A stretch of DNA of 43,993 nucleotides from an uncultured Bacillales bacterium (GTDB lineage Bacteria > Bacillota_I > Bacilli_A > RFN20 > CAG-826), in contig CALMWE010000197.1 of the NCBI GenBank assembly GCA_937873795.1, positions 1 through 43,993 of the forward strand, written 5' to 3'. Position numbers and translations under genes: made by a program. Below, one piece after another: positions 43,568 to 43,993 of the stretch. Position 1 is the first letter of the stretch. Each line of letters starts with the position of its first letter. A model generated the notes under the pieces. That model had not been told where the DNA came from, searched no databases, and worked only from the letters and a program-made list of their open reading frames with translations.

Positions 43568-43993
43568 ATGAAACAGGCAGGTAACCCCAGAGTGAAACGT
43601 TACTTCCAAGCTGCCGACCGATTGATGCATACATCCCGGACCGTCCGGGATATTTTTGATATCTCGACGCTGACATTCAGCAAAATCGTGTATGCCGAAT
43701 ACTACGATGAAAACGGCCGGCACAAAGAAATCCGTTATGAAGATTTCCGCAGCCGTTGCTTCGTTTTTGCCAGTCAAATCGCCGCTTTGACAAGGGAATT
43801 ACCCAAAGGTTCCGTTGTCGGGCTTAAATTGAAGAATTGTCCCGAATGGGCCATGGTTTTCTGGGGAATCTTGATGAACGGTTTTGTGCCGTTTCTTATG
43901 GATGCCAGAGCCACGGGCGAGGCCAGCGACCATTTTTTAGCACAAGCCGGAGCGAAAGCCGTCATCGCGGATGATTTCCATACCTATTCCGTT
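43568..43993 (+). CDS. AMP-dependent synthetase/ligase family enzyme, N-terminal fragment (runs off the right edge)
   Basis: Manual translation gives MKQAGNPRVKRYFQAADRLM...EIRYEDFRSRCFVFASQIAALTRELPKGSVVGLKLKNCPEWAMVFWGILMNGFVPFLMDARA. This is the typical adenylate-forming enzyme N-terminal pattern (x-TY-x-EL ... VGL ... N-x-PEW ... G-x-L-x-x-G). There is no stop in the window. Confidence 0.6.
   Translation, partial: MKQAGNPRVKRYFQAADRLMHTSRTVRDIFDISTLTFSKIVYAEYYDENGRHKEIRYEDFRSRCFVFASQIAALTRELPKGSVVGLKLKNCPEWAMVFWGILMNGFVPFLMDARATGEASDHFLAQAGAKAVIADDFHTYSV

Noticed and set aside
1-43993. A scan for rRNA or tRNA genes, CRISPR arrays, IS elements or transposases, integrases, prophage genes, toxin-antitoxin pairs and restriction-modification genes.
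   Set aside because: None was found. All intergenic gaps are 216 nt or shorter and are accounted for by promoters, terminators or operators. No cloverleaf-like sequences, long inverted terminal repeats or recombinase-like ORFs were seen.

Overview
This window is a compact housekeeping block, almost entirely on the minus strand, from a Bacillota (Firmicutes)-type genome. It uses the standard genetic code (TGA is a stop, for example at trmK and ybeY). Gene order is collinear with the Bacillus subtilis yqe-yqf region but condensed. Reading the minus strand from right to left: fmt, small membrane protein, nuclease-helicase, lepA, [Fic-like gene and small membrane gene], hemW, RDD, hrcA-grpE-dnaK-dnaJ, [TM2 protein], rsmE, [unknown 270 aa], mtaB, rpmF, deoC, rpsU, [orphan C39 peptidase-TMD], ybeY-cdd-era-recO, glyQS, dnaG-sigA, trmK, nif3/yqfO, cshB-nfo, rpmG, MBL hydrolase, efp, UPF0154, parE-parC, yqeG-yqeH. 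The plus-strand genes are plsY, ispG, ispH, cysE, two hypothetical genes (1698..1967 and 43105..43566) and a partial AMP-binding enzyme at the right edge. Three genes missing from the ORF track were recovered by hand: rpmG (L33), rpsU (S21), and the edge-truncated yqeH. I also placed sigma-A-type promoters, rho-independent terminators and two CIRCE operators. I found no rRNA, tRNA, CRISPR array, IS element or prophage. Nothing here convincingly looks like a complete novel multi-gene system. The most unusual content is a set of non-syntenic single-gene insertions inside otherwise conserved operons. These are an NBD-less C39 peptidase-TMD protein, a catalytically degenerate Fic-like protein with a repeat linker and its own promoter, a PD-(D/E)XK nuclease fused to an XPD/DinG Fe-S helicase, and an uncharacterised protein translationally coupled between rsmE and mtaB. 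All domain calls rest on motifs read by eye and on remembered family signatures. No searches were run.
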